Source of the DNA: Meiothermus sp.
GTDB taxonomy: Bacteria > Deinococcota > Deinococci > Deinococcales > Thermaceae
Direction of reading: 5' to 3'
Length of the DNA stretch: 62,546 nucleotides
NCBI GenBank assembly: GCA_033762915.1
Contig: JANRLD010000088.1
Span: forward strand, 1 to 62,546
The notes beneath the pieces were generated by a model. It was not told the origin of the DNA. It searched no databases and saw only the letters and a list, made by a program, of their open reading frames with translations. Both the position numbers and the translations under genes were made by a program. The first letter of the stretch is position 1. Every line of letters starts with the position of its first letter. Below are positions 1-9,723 of this stretch, in pieces.

Positions 1-9
1 CGCAACTTA

Positions 10-115
10 CAGCGGTTCCCACGAATACCACGCACGCAGAGACTCGGATGTGCGGGGTACATTACGCCCGCTTCAGCGCATCACCGCGTGAGGCGTAATG
101 GTGGGAACCGCTGTT
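10..115. repeat. REP-like palindromic element (families A/C)
   Basis: acagcggttcccac ... gtgggaaccgctgt inverted ends. The internal cacgcagagactcggatgtgcgggg recurs as its reverse complement at ~24024-24048. Confidence 0.6.
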
Positions 116-132
116 ACACAGGCGGGAGGCAC

Positions 133-570
133 TTACCTCGAGCCAGTGATGTAGGCTTCCAGCTCAGTGATCATGAACTGCTGCTGGGACATGATGGCTT
201 TAACCACATCCCCGATCGAGATTACCCCTACCAGTTGTCCGTGCTCCACCACCGGAAGGTGGCGAATGCGGTTGCTGGTCATGGCGTTCATGCAGTCGCC
301 AACGGTGGCGTCCGGCGTGATGGTGATGAGGTCTCCGGTCATGACCTCGCGGACCAGGGTCTCGCGGGAGGAGCGGCCCACCAAAATGATCTTCCGGGCG
401 TAGTCCCGCTCGGAGAAGATGCCCACCAGGTTCGGCCCGCTCAGAACCAGGAGCGCGCCTACGTCGTACCGGGCCATCAGCTCTAGGGCCTCGAAAACCG
501 AGGCCTCCGGGGCGACCGAGAGCACCGTGTTTCCCTTGGACTGAAGCAGTTGCCGAACCGTGGTCATCAT
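133..570 (-). CDS. CBS domain-containing protein
   Basis: Two CBS repeats (GALLV..GIFSERDY; IRHLPVV..GVISIGD). GGAGGTG RBS upstream of the ATG at 570. Confidence 0.9.
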   Translation of the reverse strand: MMTTVRQLLQSKGNTVLSVAPEASVFEALELMARYDVGALLVLSGPNLVGIFSERDYARKIILVGRSSRETLVREVMTGDLITITPDATVGDCMNAMTSNRIRHLPVVEHGQLVGVISIGDVVKAIMSQQQFMITELEAYITGSR

Positions 571-741
571 AGATTTCACCTCCGCGCGAGCCAACGAAGG
601 ATGAACAAGATCCGGCCGACCAAAGTTCGGTCACCGGTTATGTTTCGCTGGGTCGTAGAAGGCATTGTAACCCAGACTAGCAATTCAAGGTCAAACTGAC
701 TCTATCCGACGAATAGGGAGTACGGCGGATAGACTGGAGCC

Positions 742-1862
742 ATGAGGGACCGTGCGGACGTGGTGGTGATCGGGGCGGGAATCATCGGGGCGGCCTGCGC
801 CTACCGGCTGGCCGAGCGGGGCCTCGAGGTGGTGGTGCTGGACAAAGCTCCGGCTCCGGCAACGGGCTCGACCGGAAAGAGCGCGGCAGGGGTACGGGTG
901 CAGTTCACCGAGGCCACCAACGTGCTGCTCTCCTGGCACTCGATCCAGGAGTACCGGGCCATGCCGGAGGCCGGATACCGCGACGTGGGCTACTTGTTCC
1001 TGGTACCCGAGGGCGAATGGGAAAGCCATCAGGCGGGCGTGCAGCTTCAGCGAACCTTGGGTGTTCCGGTCGAGGTGCTCAGCCTCGAGGCCGCTCGAGG
1101 CGTCGTGGACTTCGACCCCGTCGGCCTGGCGGGCGCGACCTTCGGCCCCGCCGATGGCACCGTGGACCCCCACGGCATCTGCATGGAGTACCTGCGCCGG
1201 GCCAGGACGCTGGGGGCGCGGGTGGTGCTCGAGGCGGAGGTGGAGGGAGGAGCGCGGAAGGCGGGAGGCTTCAGCCTGCAGACCCCACGGGGCCAGTTTG
1301 AAGCGCCTCAAGTGGTTAACGCGGCGGGGGCCTGGGCCGGCGAGGTGGGTCGGAGGTTGGGGCTGGAGGTTCCGGTGCAGCCCGCGCGGCGGCTGGTCTT
1401 CACCACCGCCCCGCTGGACTACACGCACCGCTTTCCGCTGACCATAGACCTCTCGAGCGGATTCTGGTTCCGCTCCGAGCACGACCGGCTGATCTTCGGC
1501 AAGAGCAACCCGGCCGACATGGGGTTCGCCGAGGGGATGGACTGGGGCTGGCTCGAGCCGACCCTTGAAGCGGGGCTTCGAAGATTTCCTTGGCTCGAGC
1601 GCACCCGCCTCGACCACAAGGCCAGCTGGTGGGGCTACTACGAGGTCCCGACCACAACCCCATCCTGGGCCGAATGCCCGGCACGGAGGGCTGGGTCAAC
1701 GCCTGCGGCTTCTCCGGCCACGGCGTGCAACAGGCCGCAATGGTGGGGCAGCTGATCAGCGAGGAGGTCGTGGACGGGCGGGCGCACAGCCTGGATATCG
1801 ATGCGCTGCGGCTGGAACGGTTTGCGGCGGCGGACCGTGTGGTGGAGAGGCACATCGTTTAG
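742..1862 (+). pseudogene. FAD-dependent oxidoreductase (DAO/sarcosine oxidase beta-like), frameshifted near 1650
   Basis: GAGIIG FAD motif in ORF 742..1755. The C-terminal PDHNPILG...GFSGHG lies in a different frame (1590..1862). Either a real frameshift or an assembly indel. Confidence 0.75.
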
Positions 1863-1865
1863 ACT

Positions 1866-1955
1866 GGTTCACACGAACACTCAGTACGACGGTTTTTGCC
1901 GTACTGAGAGCGGTTCTCACGCCTACTTCCTACGGCGCTAAAGCGTGCGGTTTTT
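1866..1955 (+). repeat. REP-like modular repeat, family A
   Basis: cacgaacactcagtacgacggtttttgccgtactgag hairpin plus agcggttc...ctacggcgctaaag module. Matches 17928, 28251, 31800 and 53710. Confidence 0.75.
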
Positions 1956-2008
1956 GTTGTTGGGAGTGTATTACCTGCCGCCGCGAGGGAGGTAAGGGTG
2001 GGACCCGC

Positions 2009-2506
2009 CTACATCCGCCCCAGCAACTCCTCGAGTTCCTCCCGCTCAATCTCCCCGATGTGCCGGGTGACCAGGCGGCCGCTGGCGTCAAAAAATAGGG
2101 TCACCGGTAGCCCCTGGATGCCCAGGGGGTCGGTGGTGGCGGACTGGATATCGAGGTAGACATTGGGAATCTTGCGCTCGATCTCGGCCTCGAAGGTCTG
2201 TACTGCCACCGGCCCCTCGCCGATGTTGAGGAAAACGAACTGGAGGTTGGGATTGGCCTCGGCGGCCTCGAGCAGCAGCGGCATCTCGCGGCGGCAGGGG
2301 GCGCACCAGGTGGCCCAGGCGTTGAGCACAACCGGCTTTCCCTTCAGGTCGCTCAGGCGCACCGGCTGGTCTGTCATGCTCTTCAGCTCGAGGCTGGGCA
2401 GCATCACCGCCGGCTGGCTGTTGCGGGGCCGCAGCAGCAGGCCTCCCACCACCAGCAGCGCCAGCAGTACAAACACCCCCCAGAATCGGAAGCCTCTCCC
2501 GGTCAT
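2009..2506 (-). CDS. TlpA/ResA family thiol-disulfide oxidoreductase
   Basis: N-terminal TM anchor, NAWATWCAPC..EMP motif, GLPVT cis-Pro motif. Confidence 0.9.
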   Translation of the reverse strand: MTGRGFRFWGVFVLLALLVVGGLLLRPRNSQPAVMLPSLELKSMTDQPVRLSDLKGKPVVLNAWATWCAPCRREMPLLLEAAEANPNLQFVFLNIGEGPVAVQTFEAEIERKIPNVYLDIQSATTDPLGIQGLPVTLFFDASGRLVTRHIGEIEREELEELLGRM

Positions 2507-2572
2507 TTGGCCTCTATCCTACTCAATTCACCCGCCGAGAACTGTACGGTGAGAAGGCGATACACTGAGCGG

Positions 2573-3511
2573 GTGCGCGTACAGCTGGTAGCCATCCAGA
2601 CCCAGATCAGGCCCGAACACTACCTCTCCCCGCAGGCCTTCGCGGCTAGGGTCGATCAGCTCTGTGCCCTCGCCACCGAGGGTCTGCCGCCAGGCGAGCC
2701 CCGCATCCTGGCCTTCCCCGAGGCGTTCGCGCTTCCGCTGCTGTTCTGGCTCGAGACCCCGGCCGAGGTGCGGAGCGCCAAAACCAGCCTCGAGGCCGCC
2801 CTGAACCTCCTCAGGCCGCGCTGGCGCGAGGCCCTCCGCCTAAAGATCCCCAGCCCCAGCGTCGTTTACCACCTCCGCGCCCCGGCGGTCTGGCCGGTCT
2901 ACCAGGAGACCTTCGAGCAGGCGGCGCAGAAATACCAGGCCTACATCGTCGCAGGCAGCCTGTTCGCCCCGCAGATGGACTGGGAGCCCAGCCGGGGGCT
3001 GCACCGCGAGGGCTGGCCGGCCTACAACCTCTCGCTGGTACTCTCGCCGAGGGGCCGGGTGCTGGCCCGGGTGCCCAAGGTCAACCTCACCGCCCACGAG
3101 CGCGGGGCCTTCCTGAGCGGCGGCCCGGTCGGCCCGCAGTTCGTGCAGACCAAACTTGGCACCCTGGCCAACCTGATTTGTCTGGACGCCTTCCACGACA
3201 ACCTGATCGAGCGGGCCGACGCGGCGGGCGCGTGGCTGGTGGTTCAGCCCTCCGCCAACGCCGCCAGGTGGGACGGCCCCTGGGGCACCGACCCCAGCGA
3301 GCTGGAGGGCGCGGTCTGGCTGCGCGAGGGCCTGGCGAAAAAACTGGTCGGGCGCGAGAACCTTAAGTACGGGCTGAACCCGATGCTCAATGGGCGGCTG
3401 TACGACCTCGAGTTCGAGGGGCGCAGCACGGTCTGCGGGTCGGGCGAGGTGCTGGCGATTGCTGGTGCGCCCACGGGAGACGCGGTGGTGGCTCGAGGGG
3501 TGGAGGTATAG
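2573..3511 (+). CDS. Carbon-nitrogen hydrolase (nitrilase superfamily)
   Basis: FPE, K and ICLD triad motifs. GTG start 6 nt after a TACACT -10 box. Confidence 0.8.
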   Translation: MRVQLVAIQTQIRPEHYLSPQAFAARVDQLCALATEGLPPGEPRILAFPEAFALPLLFWLETPAEVRSAKTSLEAALNLLRPRWREALRLKIPSPSVVYHLRAPAVWPVYQETFEQAAQKYQAYIVAGSLFAPQMDWEPSRGLHREGWPAYNLSLVLSPRGRVLARVPKVNLTAHERGAFLSGGPVGPQFVQTKLGTLANLICLDAFHDNLIERADAAGAWLVVQPSANAARWDGPWGTDPSELEGAVWLREGLAKKLVGRENLKYGLNPMLNGRLYDLEFEGRSTVCGSGEVLAIAGAPTGDAVVARGVEV

Positions 3512-3705
3512 CAGGGTTTGACTGCTTGACCCGTCGTGCCCGGAGGTCAATTAGTGCATCACCACCCGCCTGTCGCCTTGGCCGCTCGGTAGCCGGGGAA
3601 AGTCCACTCATCGCCACCCGAGTCAGGCCGTCATCCGGCTTACTGGCAGTTGCCTCCCCACAGGGCTTTAAGAGCGGCCACACATCAGCTCGTTCTCCAA
3701 CGTCC

Positions 3706-3738
3706 CTGACATTCCGCTGACAACCCTGTAGCTACACT
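3706..3738 (+). promoter_or_regulatory. Putative Pho-box-like direct repeat plus -10 element
   Basis: CTGACA at 3706 and 3717 (11-nt period), upstream of TACACT at 3733-3738, which is 7 nt before the regulator ATG. Confidence 0.5.
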
Positions 3739-3745
3739 AAGGCCA

Positions 3746-4414
3746 ATGTCGAAACTGCTGCTTGTCGAGGACGAGCCCGCCGTTCGGATGGGCCTGCGGA
3801 TCTCCCTGGCCAAGGCCGGGCACCAGGTGCTCGAGGCCGCCAGCGCCTCGGAGGGCTGGGAGCGGCTGCCCCAGGCCGACCTGGTGATCCTCGACTGGAT
3901 GCTCCCCGACGAGCCGGGGGTGCGCCTCTTGGAGCGCTTGCGGCGCGACGGGCGCTTCGAGTCGCTGCCGGTGCTGATGCTCACCGCACGCACCGGCGAA
4001 GGCGACCGGGTCGAGGGACTGACCAAAGGGGCTGACGATTACCTGACAAAGCCCTTCTCCACCCCTGAGCTGGTGGCCCGCGTGCAGGCCCTGCTACGGC
4101 GGGTGGGCAAGAGCGGTCGGCTCGAGCGCGGAGCCCTCTCGCTCGACCTGGAGCGCCACCAGGCCTACCTCGAGGGGCACGCCCTCGACCTGACCCGCCG
4201 CGAATTCGAGCTGCTGGCCTTCCTGGCCCGCCACCCCGGTCGGGTCTACACCCGCGAGGAACTTCTTGAGCGGGTCTGGGGCCAGGAGTTCCTCGGCACC
4301 GCCCGCACCGTGGACCAGCACGTGGCCCAACTCCGCGATAAACTGCAAGAAGACCCCAAGTCTCCCCGCTTCCTCGAGACGCTGCGGGGCGTGGGATATA
4401 GGTTTAGGGAATGA
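3746..4414 (+). CDS. phoB: OmpR/PhoB family response regulator
   Basis: VEDE, LDWMLP, GADDYLTKPF and a winged-helix C-terminus. Clustered with a kinase and phoU. Confidence 0.8.
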   Translation: MSKLLLVEDEPAVRMGLRISLAKAGHQVLEAASASEGWERLPQADLVILDWMLPDEPGVRLLERLRRDGRFESLPVLMLTARTGEGDRVEGLTKGADDYLTKPFSTPELVARVQALLRRVGKSGRLERGALSLDLERHQAYLEGHALDLTRREFELLAFLARHPGRVYTREELLERVWGQEFLGTARTVDQHVAQLRDKLQEDPKSPRFLETLRGVGYRFRE

Positions 4415-4544
4415 AGACTCGAGGAGCGAGCCAGGCACACGGTGGGCGAAACACCCCTTCGGATTGCGCCTTCTCTTTCCCTTTCGGGCTCCCCTGCCCC
4501 CTCGCGAACCGTGGGTTGCGCCCTGCGCCTCTCGACGTCCAGCC

Positions 4545-5513
4545 ATGATCACACTCCTCCAGACCGCCTGGGAATCCGCCCGCGAGGGCGTCTTGGTTTT
4601 TGCCGACGGCAAGGTGGTCTACCTCAACCCAGTGGCGGCGGAGGTGCTGGAGGTGGAGCGGGAGAAGGTGCAGGGCCGACCCCTGCTGCTGGCACTGCGC
4701 GACCACCAGCTCGACGCGCTGTGTCGGCTGGGGGGTGAGGCCAAGGTCGGCATCCGGGGCCGGACCGTGCGGGCGCGGGTGGTGCCTGGCGTGCTGCTGC
4801 TGTGGGACGTGACCGAGGAGCAGCAGCGGGTGGAGGCCCTCGAGGAGTCCAGCCGGGTGCTGGCCCACGAGTTCCGCACCCCGGTGGCAGGGATGCTTAC
4901 GCTCCTCGAGGCGCTGCAAGACGGGCTGGCCCCGGAGGAATCGCGCGAGGTGCTGGCGATGCTGCAGCAGGAGGCCGAGCGCCTGCGGCGCCTGGTCGAA
5001 GACCTGCCCCTGAGCCGGATGCCCTCGAAAGAGCGTACCTTCGCCCTGGAAGAGCTACAGGCCCGCCTGGAACGCTTCCTGGCCCCGCTGATGGCCGAGC
5101 GCTCAAGCTGGATCGAGTGGAACCTCCCCCACACCGTGCGGGCCAACCCGGACGCGGTTTATCAAGCCTTGCTTAACCTGCTGGACAACGCCCTCAAGTA
5201 TGGCCCCGGCGGTAGGGTCGAAGTCTCGAGCGGGGCCAGCGAGGACGGGGTCTGGCTTGAGGTGCGCGACCGGGGCCGGGCCATCCAGGAGTTCGAGCCG
5301 CTGTTCCAGGCCGGAAAGCGCGGGGTGACCGCGGCCAACGTGCGCGGCACCGGGCTGGGCCTGGCCCTGGTGCGGCGGCTGGCGGGCGGCTGGGGCGGGG
5401 AGGCGTACGGACGCAGCCTCGAGGACGGCAGTGCCTTTGGGCTGACCTTTCCGTCCAAACCGGGGGCCCGGGTCAGGCCCGCCTCCGCGCCCCTCGAGGT
5501 TTCAAAGAAGTAA
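4545..5513 (+). CDS. phoR: PAS-containing sensor histidine kinase (PhoR-like, no TM segment)
   Basis: H-box HEFRTP, N-box NLLDNALKY, GTGLGL. PAS-like N-terminus. Confidence 0.75.
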   Translation: MITLLQTAWESAREGVLVFADGKVVYLNPVAAEVLEVEREKVQGRPLLLALRDHQLDALCRLGGEAKVGIRGRTVRARVVPGVLLLWDVTEEQQRVEALEESSRVLAHEFRTPVAGMLTLLEALQDGLAPEESREVLAMLQQEAERLRRLVEDLPLSRMPSKERTFALEELQARLERFLAPLMAERSSWIEWNLPHTVRANPDAVYQALLNLLDNALKYGPGGRVEVSSGASEDGVWLEVRDRGRAIQEFEPLFQAGKRGVTAANVRGTGLGLALVRRLAGGWGGEAYGRSLEDGSAFGLTFPSKPGARVRPASAPLEVSKK

Positions 5514-5525
5514 GGAGTTTAGACT

Positions 5526-6194
5526 ATGGCTATGCGCGAAGGACTCGACCGAGAACTGGGAAGGATCACCGAGGAAGCAATCCGCATGATCTCGCTGGTA
5601 CGCGAGATGGTGGACAAGTCCGCCAGAGCCCTCGCCGACCAGGACCCCCGGCTGGCCCAGGAGGTCATCGCCCAGGACGCCGCCGTGGACGCCCTCGAGC
5701 TGGAGATCGAGGCCTCCGTGGTGACCCTGATGGCCCGGCAGGCCCTGGTGGCCTCCGACCTGCGCTTCAGCTTCACCGTCATCAAGGGCCTCACCGACCT
5801 CGAGCGGGCCGCCGACTACGCCGCCCACGTGGCCGAGGACGTGATCGTGCTGGTCAAGGAGCCCCCCCTCAAGAACTACATCACCCTGCCCGACATGGGC
5901 CGCCGCCTCACGGTGATGCTTGACTTGGTTTCAAAGGCCATCGCCGAGCGCGACCTGGCCGCCGCCAGGGAGGTCCTCAAGCGCGACGACGAGGTGGACG
6001 GGCTTTACGAGGAGGTCACCCGCGAACTCCTCACCTACATGATGGAAGACCCCCGCACCATCTCCAAGGCCCTGACCCTGATGCGGGTGGCGCGCAGCTA
6101 CGAGCGCCTGGGCGACCACCTCGAGAACGTCTGCGAGCGCATCATCTACTGGCTCACCGGCAGGATGGAGAAGAAGCCGGAGGACGTGTTCTAA
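5526..6194 (+). CDS. phoU: Phosphate signalling protein PhoU
   Basis: Two PhoU repeats (DLERAADYA; YERLGDHLENV). AGGAG RBS. Confidence 0.92.
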   Translation: MAMREGLDRELGRITEEAIRMISLVREMVDKSARALADQDPRLAQEVIAQDAAVDALELEIEASVVTLMARQALVASDLRFSFTVIKGLTDLERAADYAAHVAEDVIVLVKEPPLKNYITLPDMGRRLTVMLDLVSKAIAERDLAAAREVLKRDDEVDGLYEEVTRELLTYMMEDPRTISKALTLMRVARSYERLGDHLENVCERIIYWLTGRMEKKPEDVF

Positions 6195-6314
6195 GTATCT
6201 CCATAGTGGAGTTGCAGCTTCCGCACTCACCGATAGATCGGGCAATTGCGCCCACAAGCCGCTCGCTGATGCGGCTGTGCTGAAGTCCTGAAGTCTCACT
6301 ATGGCGCAACTTAG
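6191..6314. repeat. MITE-like element, family B (short variant)
   Basis: Imperfect terminal inverted repeats ctaagtatctccatagtg ... cactatggcgcaacttag. Ends are shared with the 45527 and 47254 copies. Confidence 0.55.
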
Positions 6315-6481
6315 CCCGGTCCCGTCCGCGCCGACCCTGTCAACGCCCGGCTGGGCCCGTCAATAGCGTTCCCGCCTTTCCCACAAATCCGCCCTGGCGC
6401 GACTGAAAATGGCGCTCACAAATACTCGGTTGGGCGCTGTTTGCCGTGCCGGGTAGTGGGAAACGCCATTAGACTATGCCC

Positions 6482-7363
6482 ATGCAGACTCCACAGAACA
6501 TCCTTAGCATCCAGAGCTGGGTGTCTTACGGGCATGTGGGCAACGCGGCTGCGGTCTTCCCCCTTCAGCGGATGGGCTTCGAGGTCTGGGCCATACACAC
6601 GGTGCAGTTCTCCAACCACACCGGCTATGGTGCCTGGAAGGGAATGATTCTTCCGCCCGAGCACCTGAGCGAGGTGGTACAGGGGATAGCCGAGCGGGGA
6701 GTCTTGGGCCAGTGCGGGGCGGTGCTCTCGGGCTACATGGGCAGCGGCGGCACTGCCGAGGCCATCCTTTCGGCCCTCGAGCGGGTGCGTGCCCTCAACC
6801 CCGAGGTTCTCTACTGCTGCGACCCGGTAATCGGCGACGAGGGGCGCGGGGTATTCGTGCGGCCCGAGATTCCCGGCGTGTTTAAGCACAAGGTGTTGCC
6901 CGAGGCCGACATCATCACCCCCAACCAGTTCGAGCTGCAGCACCTCACCGAGCACCCCACCAAGACCCTGGAAGACGTGCTCGAGGCCGCCCAGACCGTC
7001 CGCCAGCGTCTGCGCCCGCAGGGACCGCGCATCGTGATCGTTACCAGCATGCTGCGCGAGGGCGCGCCGGAGGACACCATCGAGACCCTGGCGGTCTGCG
7101 ACGAGGGGGCCTGGCTGGTGTCCACACCCCGCATTCCCCTCGACCCGCCCCGCAACGGCACCGGCGACGCCATCGCGGCGTTGTTCTTCGGCAACTACCT
7201 CCAAACCGAGAGCGTGGCCCACAGCCTCGAGCGCTCGGTGTCGGCCCTGTACAACCTGCTCGAGCTGACCCACCGCCTGGGCACCCGCGAGATCCAACTG
7301 GTTGCGGCCCAGGAAGAGTATGTGCGGCCCTCGAGCCTGTTCCCCTCGGTACGGGTCAGGTGA
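6482..7363 (+). CDS. pdxY: Pyridoxal kinase
   Basis: [44 protein letters not shown] motifs. Confidence 0.92.
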   Translation: MQTPQNILSIQSWVSYGHVGNAAAVFPLQRMGFEVWAIHTVQFSNHTGYGAWKGMILPPEHLSEVVQGIAERGVLGQCGAVLSGYMGSGGTAEAILSALERVRALNPEVLYCCDPVIGDEGRGVFVRPEIPGVFKHKVLPEADIITPNQFELQHLTEHPTKTLEDVLEAAQTVRQRLRPQGPRIVIVTSMLREGAPEDTIETLAVCDEGAWLVSTPRIPLDPPRNGTGDAIAALFFGNYLQTESVAHSLERSVSALYNLLELTHRLGTREIQLVAAQEEYVRPSSLFPSVRVR

Positions 7364-7423
7364 TGCGGCAGACGGCCCGGAGCTTTGCTGCCAGGCCCCG
7401 CTGCGGGTATTGGCTGCCTGCTT

Positions 7424-8041
7424 TTAGCTCTCGGCCCGGGATTCCTGGCCCTTAATCCGCTTGGCCTCGAGGTAGGCCCGCAGGTTTCGGTACACATCGG
7501 GTAGGACGATCAACGCGACAATGGTGAATACCGCCGCGTAGACCATCCACTTGGGGATTAGCTCACCCAGGAAGTAGCCCAGCAGGGTGATGCCGAAGAC
7601 CCAGATGGCGCTCCCCACCAAGCTCAAGGCGAAGAACTGGGCGAAGGGCACCCGCATGGCCCCAAACATGAAAGGGATCACCGTTCGCACTCCGGTAATG
7701 AGCGGGGCTACCAGCATCACCAGTACTCCGTACTTGGCGTGGGCGCTCTCGGCCTTCTGGTAGTAGACCGCCGGAACCTTGGACCTAACCGCCGGGCCCA
7801 ATGCGTGGCCGATCCAGTAGCCGACCGCGTGCCCCGCCACGGCGGCAACGTACATGCTGGGGATCAGGTACTCCAGACGCAACGTCCCGGTCGCGGCCAG
7901 CATCCCCAGGGTGATCAACAAGGTGTCGCCCGCAGGCACCACAAAGCCGATCAGCAGTCCCGTCTCGGCGAACAAAAGCCCCGCGAAGGCGAGGTAGGCC
8001 AGCCAGCCAATGTCTGCTACGAAGCCCTGAACCCAATCCAT
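7424..8041 (-). CDS. DedA family membrane protein
   Basis: FAETGLLIGFVVPAGDTLL motif and hydrophobic segments. Confidence 0.88.
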   Translation of the reverse strand: MDWVQGFVADIGWLAYLAFAGLLFAETGLLIGFVVPAGDTLLITLGMLAATGTLRLEYLIPSMYVAAVAGHAVGYWIGHALGPAVRSKVPAVYYQKAESAHAKYGVLVMLVAPLITGVRTVIPFMFGAMRVPFAQFFALSLVGSAIWVFGITLLGYFLGELIPKWMVYAAVFTIVALIVLPDVYRNLRAYLEAKRIKGQESRAES

Positions 8042-8126
8042 ACCTAAGGTTCTATTATGCCGGTAAAGATCAAGTCGACGTGAGTTTTTTGGACATGATC
8101 TGATCAGTGTAGTTTAGACTGCAATC

Positions 8127-8516
8127 GTGAAAACCAACATCTCTGGCACCTCCCCCTACGAGGCCATCGTCGGCTACTGCCGTGCGGTCAAGATCGGCAA
8201 CCAGGTCTGGGTTTCGGGCACCACCGCCGCCGGCCCGGACGGCAAGTTGGTGGGCGAGGGCGACGCCTACGCTCAGACCCTCCAGATTTTGCGAAACATC
8301 GAGGCCGCCCTGCACAAAGCCGGGGCCGGCATGGGCGACGTGGTGCGGACCCGCATGTACGTGACCGACATCGCCAGGGACTGGGAGGCGGTGGGCCGCG
8401 CCCACGGCGAGTTCCTGCGGGAGGTGCGCCCGGCCACCACCATGGTCGAAGTGAAGGGGCTGATCGAGCCGGGGATGCTGGTGGAGATTGAGGTAGATGC
8501 GCTGATTCAGGGGTAG
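8127..8516 (+). CDS. RidA/YjgF family protein
   Basis: [31 protein letters not shown] motifs. Confidence 0.9.
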   Translation: MKTNISGTSPYEAIVGYCRAVKIGNQVWVSGTTAAGPDGKLVGEGDAYAQTLQILRNIEAALHKAGAGMGDVVRTRMYVTDIARDWEAVGRAHGEFLREVRPATTMVEVKGLIEPGMLVEIEVDALIQG

Positions 8517-8597
8517 GCGGTTGGCGGGTGGCGGGTGGCAAAGGCAAAGTAGGGTGGGCTGTGCCCACCGTACACTCGAGGCCGTAATGTTGGTGGG

Positions 8598-8830
8598 CTA
8601 CGGGGCGGAGACCATCTTTTGGCGGTCAACCTCGAGGCGGATCGCCTGGCTGGTGTCCCAGATGACAAACGCCACAACCTCCAACAAACCAATGAAAAGT
8701 ATCCAAAAACCGACACCTACGCCGGTCACTTGCTGTAACGCAATGAGGTAGATATACCACTGCATGTAAACAAACTGAGCCAACATCAGGGCGAACAACA
8801 AAGAAAGTCCCGCTTCGAGTCGGGCTACAA
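8598..8830 (-). CDS. Small hypothetical membrane protein (start uncertain)
   Basis: Two hydrophobic stretches, lower GC, TACACT -10 nearby. Confidence 0.4.
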
Positions 8831-8868
8831 CCCGCCCTCGAGTGTAGCAACTCCATCCCGGCTTCGCC

Positions 8869-9723
8869 TTACCCCTGCGGCTCGAACTCAAACACCACCA
8901 GTTCGGCTGGGGCGTTCACCCGAAGGGGCACGCCCGAAACGCCCAGGCCCCTCGAGACGAACCCTTCGATGTTCAGATATTTCGAGCCCTGGCCCGGCTT
9001 GAAAAACCCGCTCAGGTACATCTCGCCGTAATAGGAGGGCGTCCAGGGCGCACCAATTCCGGGCAAGCGCACCTGACCCCCGTGGGTATGACCCGACAGC
9101 GCGAGGGTGACGGGCGACTCACGCAGGAAGTCCCAGTAGTCGGGGTTATGGGCCAGCATCAGGCTGGCCTGTCCCGCCGTGTAACCGTTGAAGGCCCGCA
9201 CCGGGTCGGGCTTACCCCTCCAGCGGTCGTCCACTCCGGCCAGGAAGAAGTCCGGGCGGAGTGCCAAGCCCCAGTTGTTGAGGATTTCGACTTTGTTCTT
9301 GGGCAGTAGCCGCTCGAGCACCGCCCTGGCCGCCGGGTTGGAGTTGTCGTGGTTGCCCCAAATGGCGAAGGTGCCGAAGCGCGACTCGAGCCTCGATAAC
9401 TGGCCCACCAGGGGGCTGAGGTCGGTGTCGCCGCCGGCCTGGACTCGAGCGCTGCTGTCCACCAAATCCCCGGTGATGGCCACCAGATCGGCCTTCTCGG
9501 CGCTGGCGGCGGCCACCCAGGCCCCAATCGAGCCCTCCTTGATGTAGGGGCCGAAGTGAAGGTCGGAGAGCTGCACGACTTTGAGCGGGCTGCGCAAACC
9601 CTTTAGCGGGCGGCGGTACCGCGTAACCTCGAAGCGATAGGCCTGGGCTAGCCCATAGCCCCCGGCCCCCAGCAGGCCCAGCCCGGCCAGGCCCAACCCG
9701 GTCAGAAAACGACGGCGGTTCAC
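8869..9723 (-). CDS. Tat-signal metallophosphoesterase (calcineurin-like, YkuE type)
   Basis: GTG start NRRRFL twin-arginine. DLH, GD, GNHD and GHTHGGQ motifs. Confidence 0.88.
   Translation of the reverse strand: MNRRRFLTGLGLAGLGLLGAGGYGLAQAYRFEVTRYRRPLKGLRSPLKVVQLSDLHFGPYIKEGSIGAWVAAASAEKADLVAITGDLVDSSARVQAGGDTDLSPLVGQLSRLESRFGTFAIWGNHDNSNPAARAVLERLLPKNKVEILNNWGLALRPDFFLAGVDDRWRGKPDPVRAFNGYTAGQASLMLAHNPDYWDFLRESPVTLALSGHTHGGQVRLPGIGAPWTPSYYGEMYLSGFFKPGQGSKYLNIEGFVSRGLGVSGVPLRVNAPAELVVFEFEPQG

Noticed and set aside
3575..3700. ggggaaagtcc resembling the RNase P RNA GAGGAAAGUCC motif
   Set aside because: Mismatch in the motif, no other conserved regions seen, and too little intergenic space for a ~350-nt RNA.
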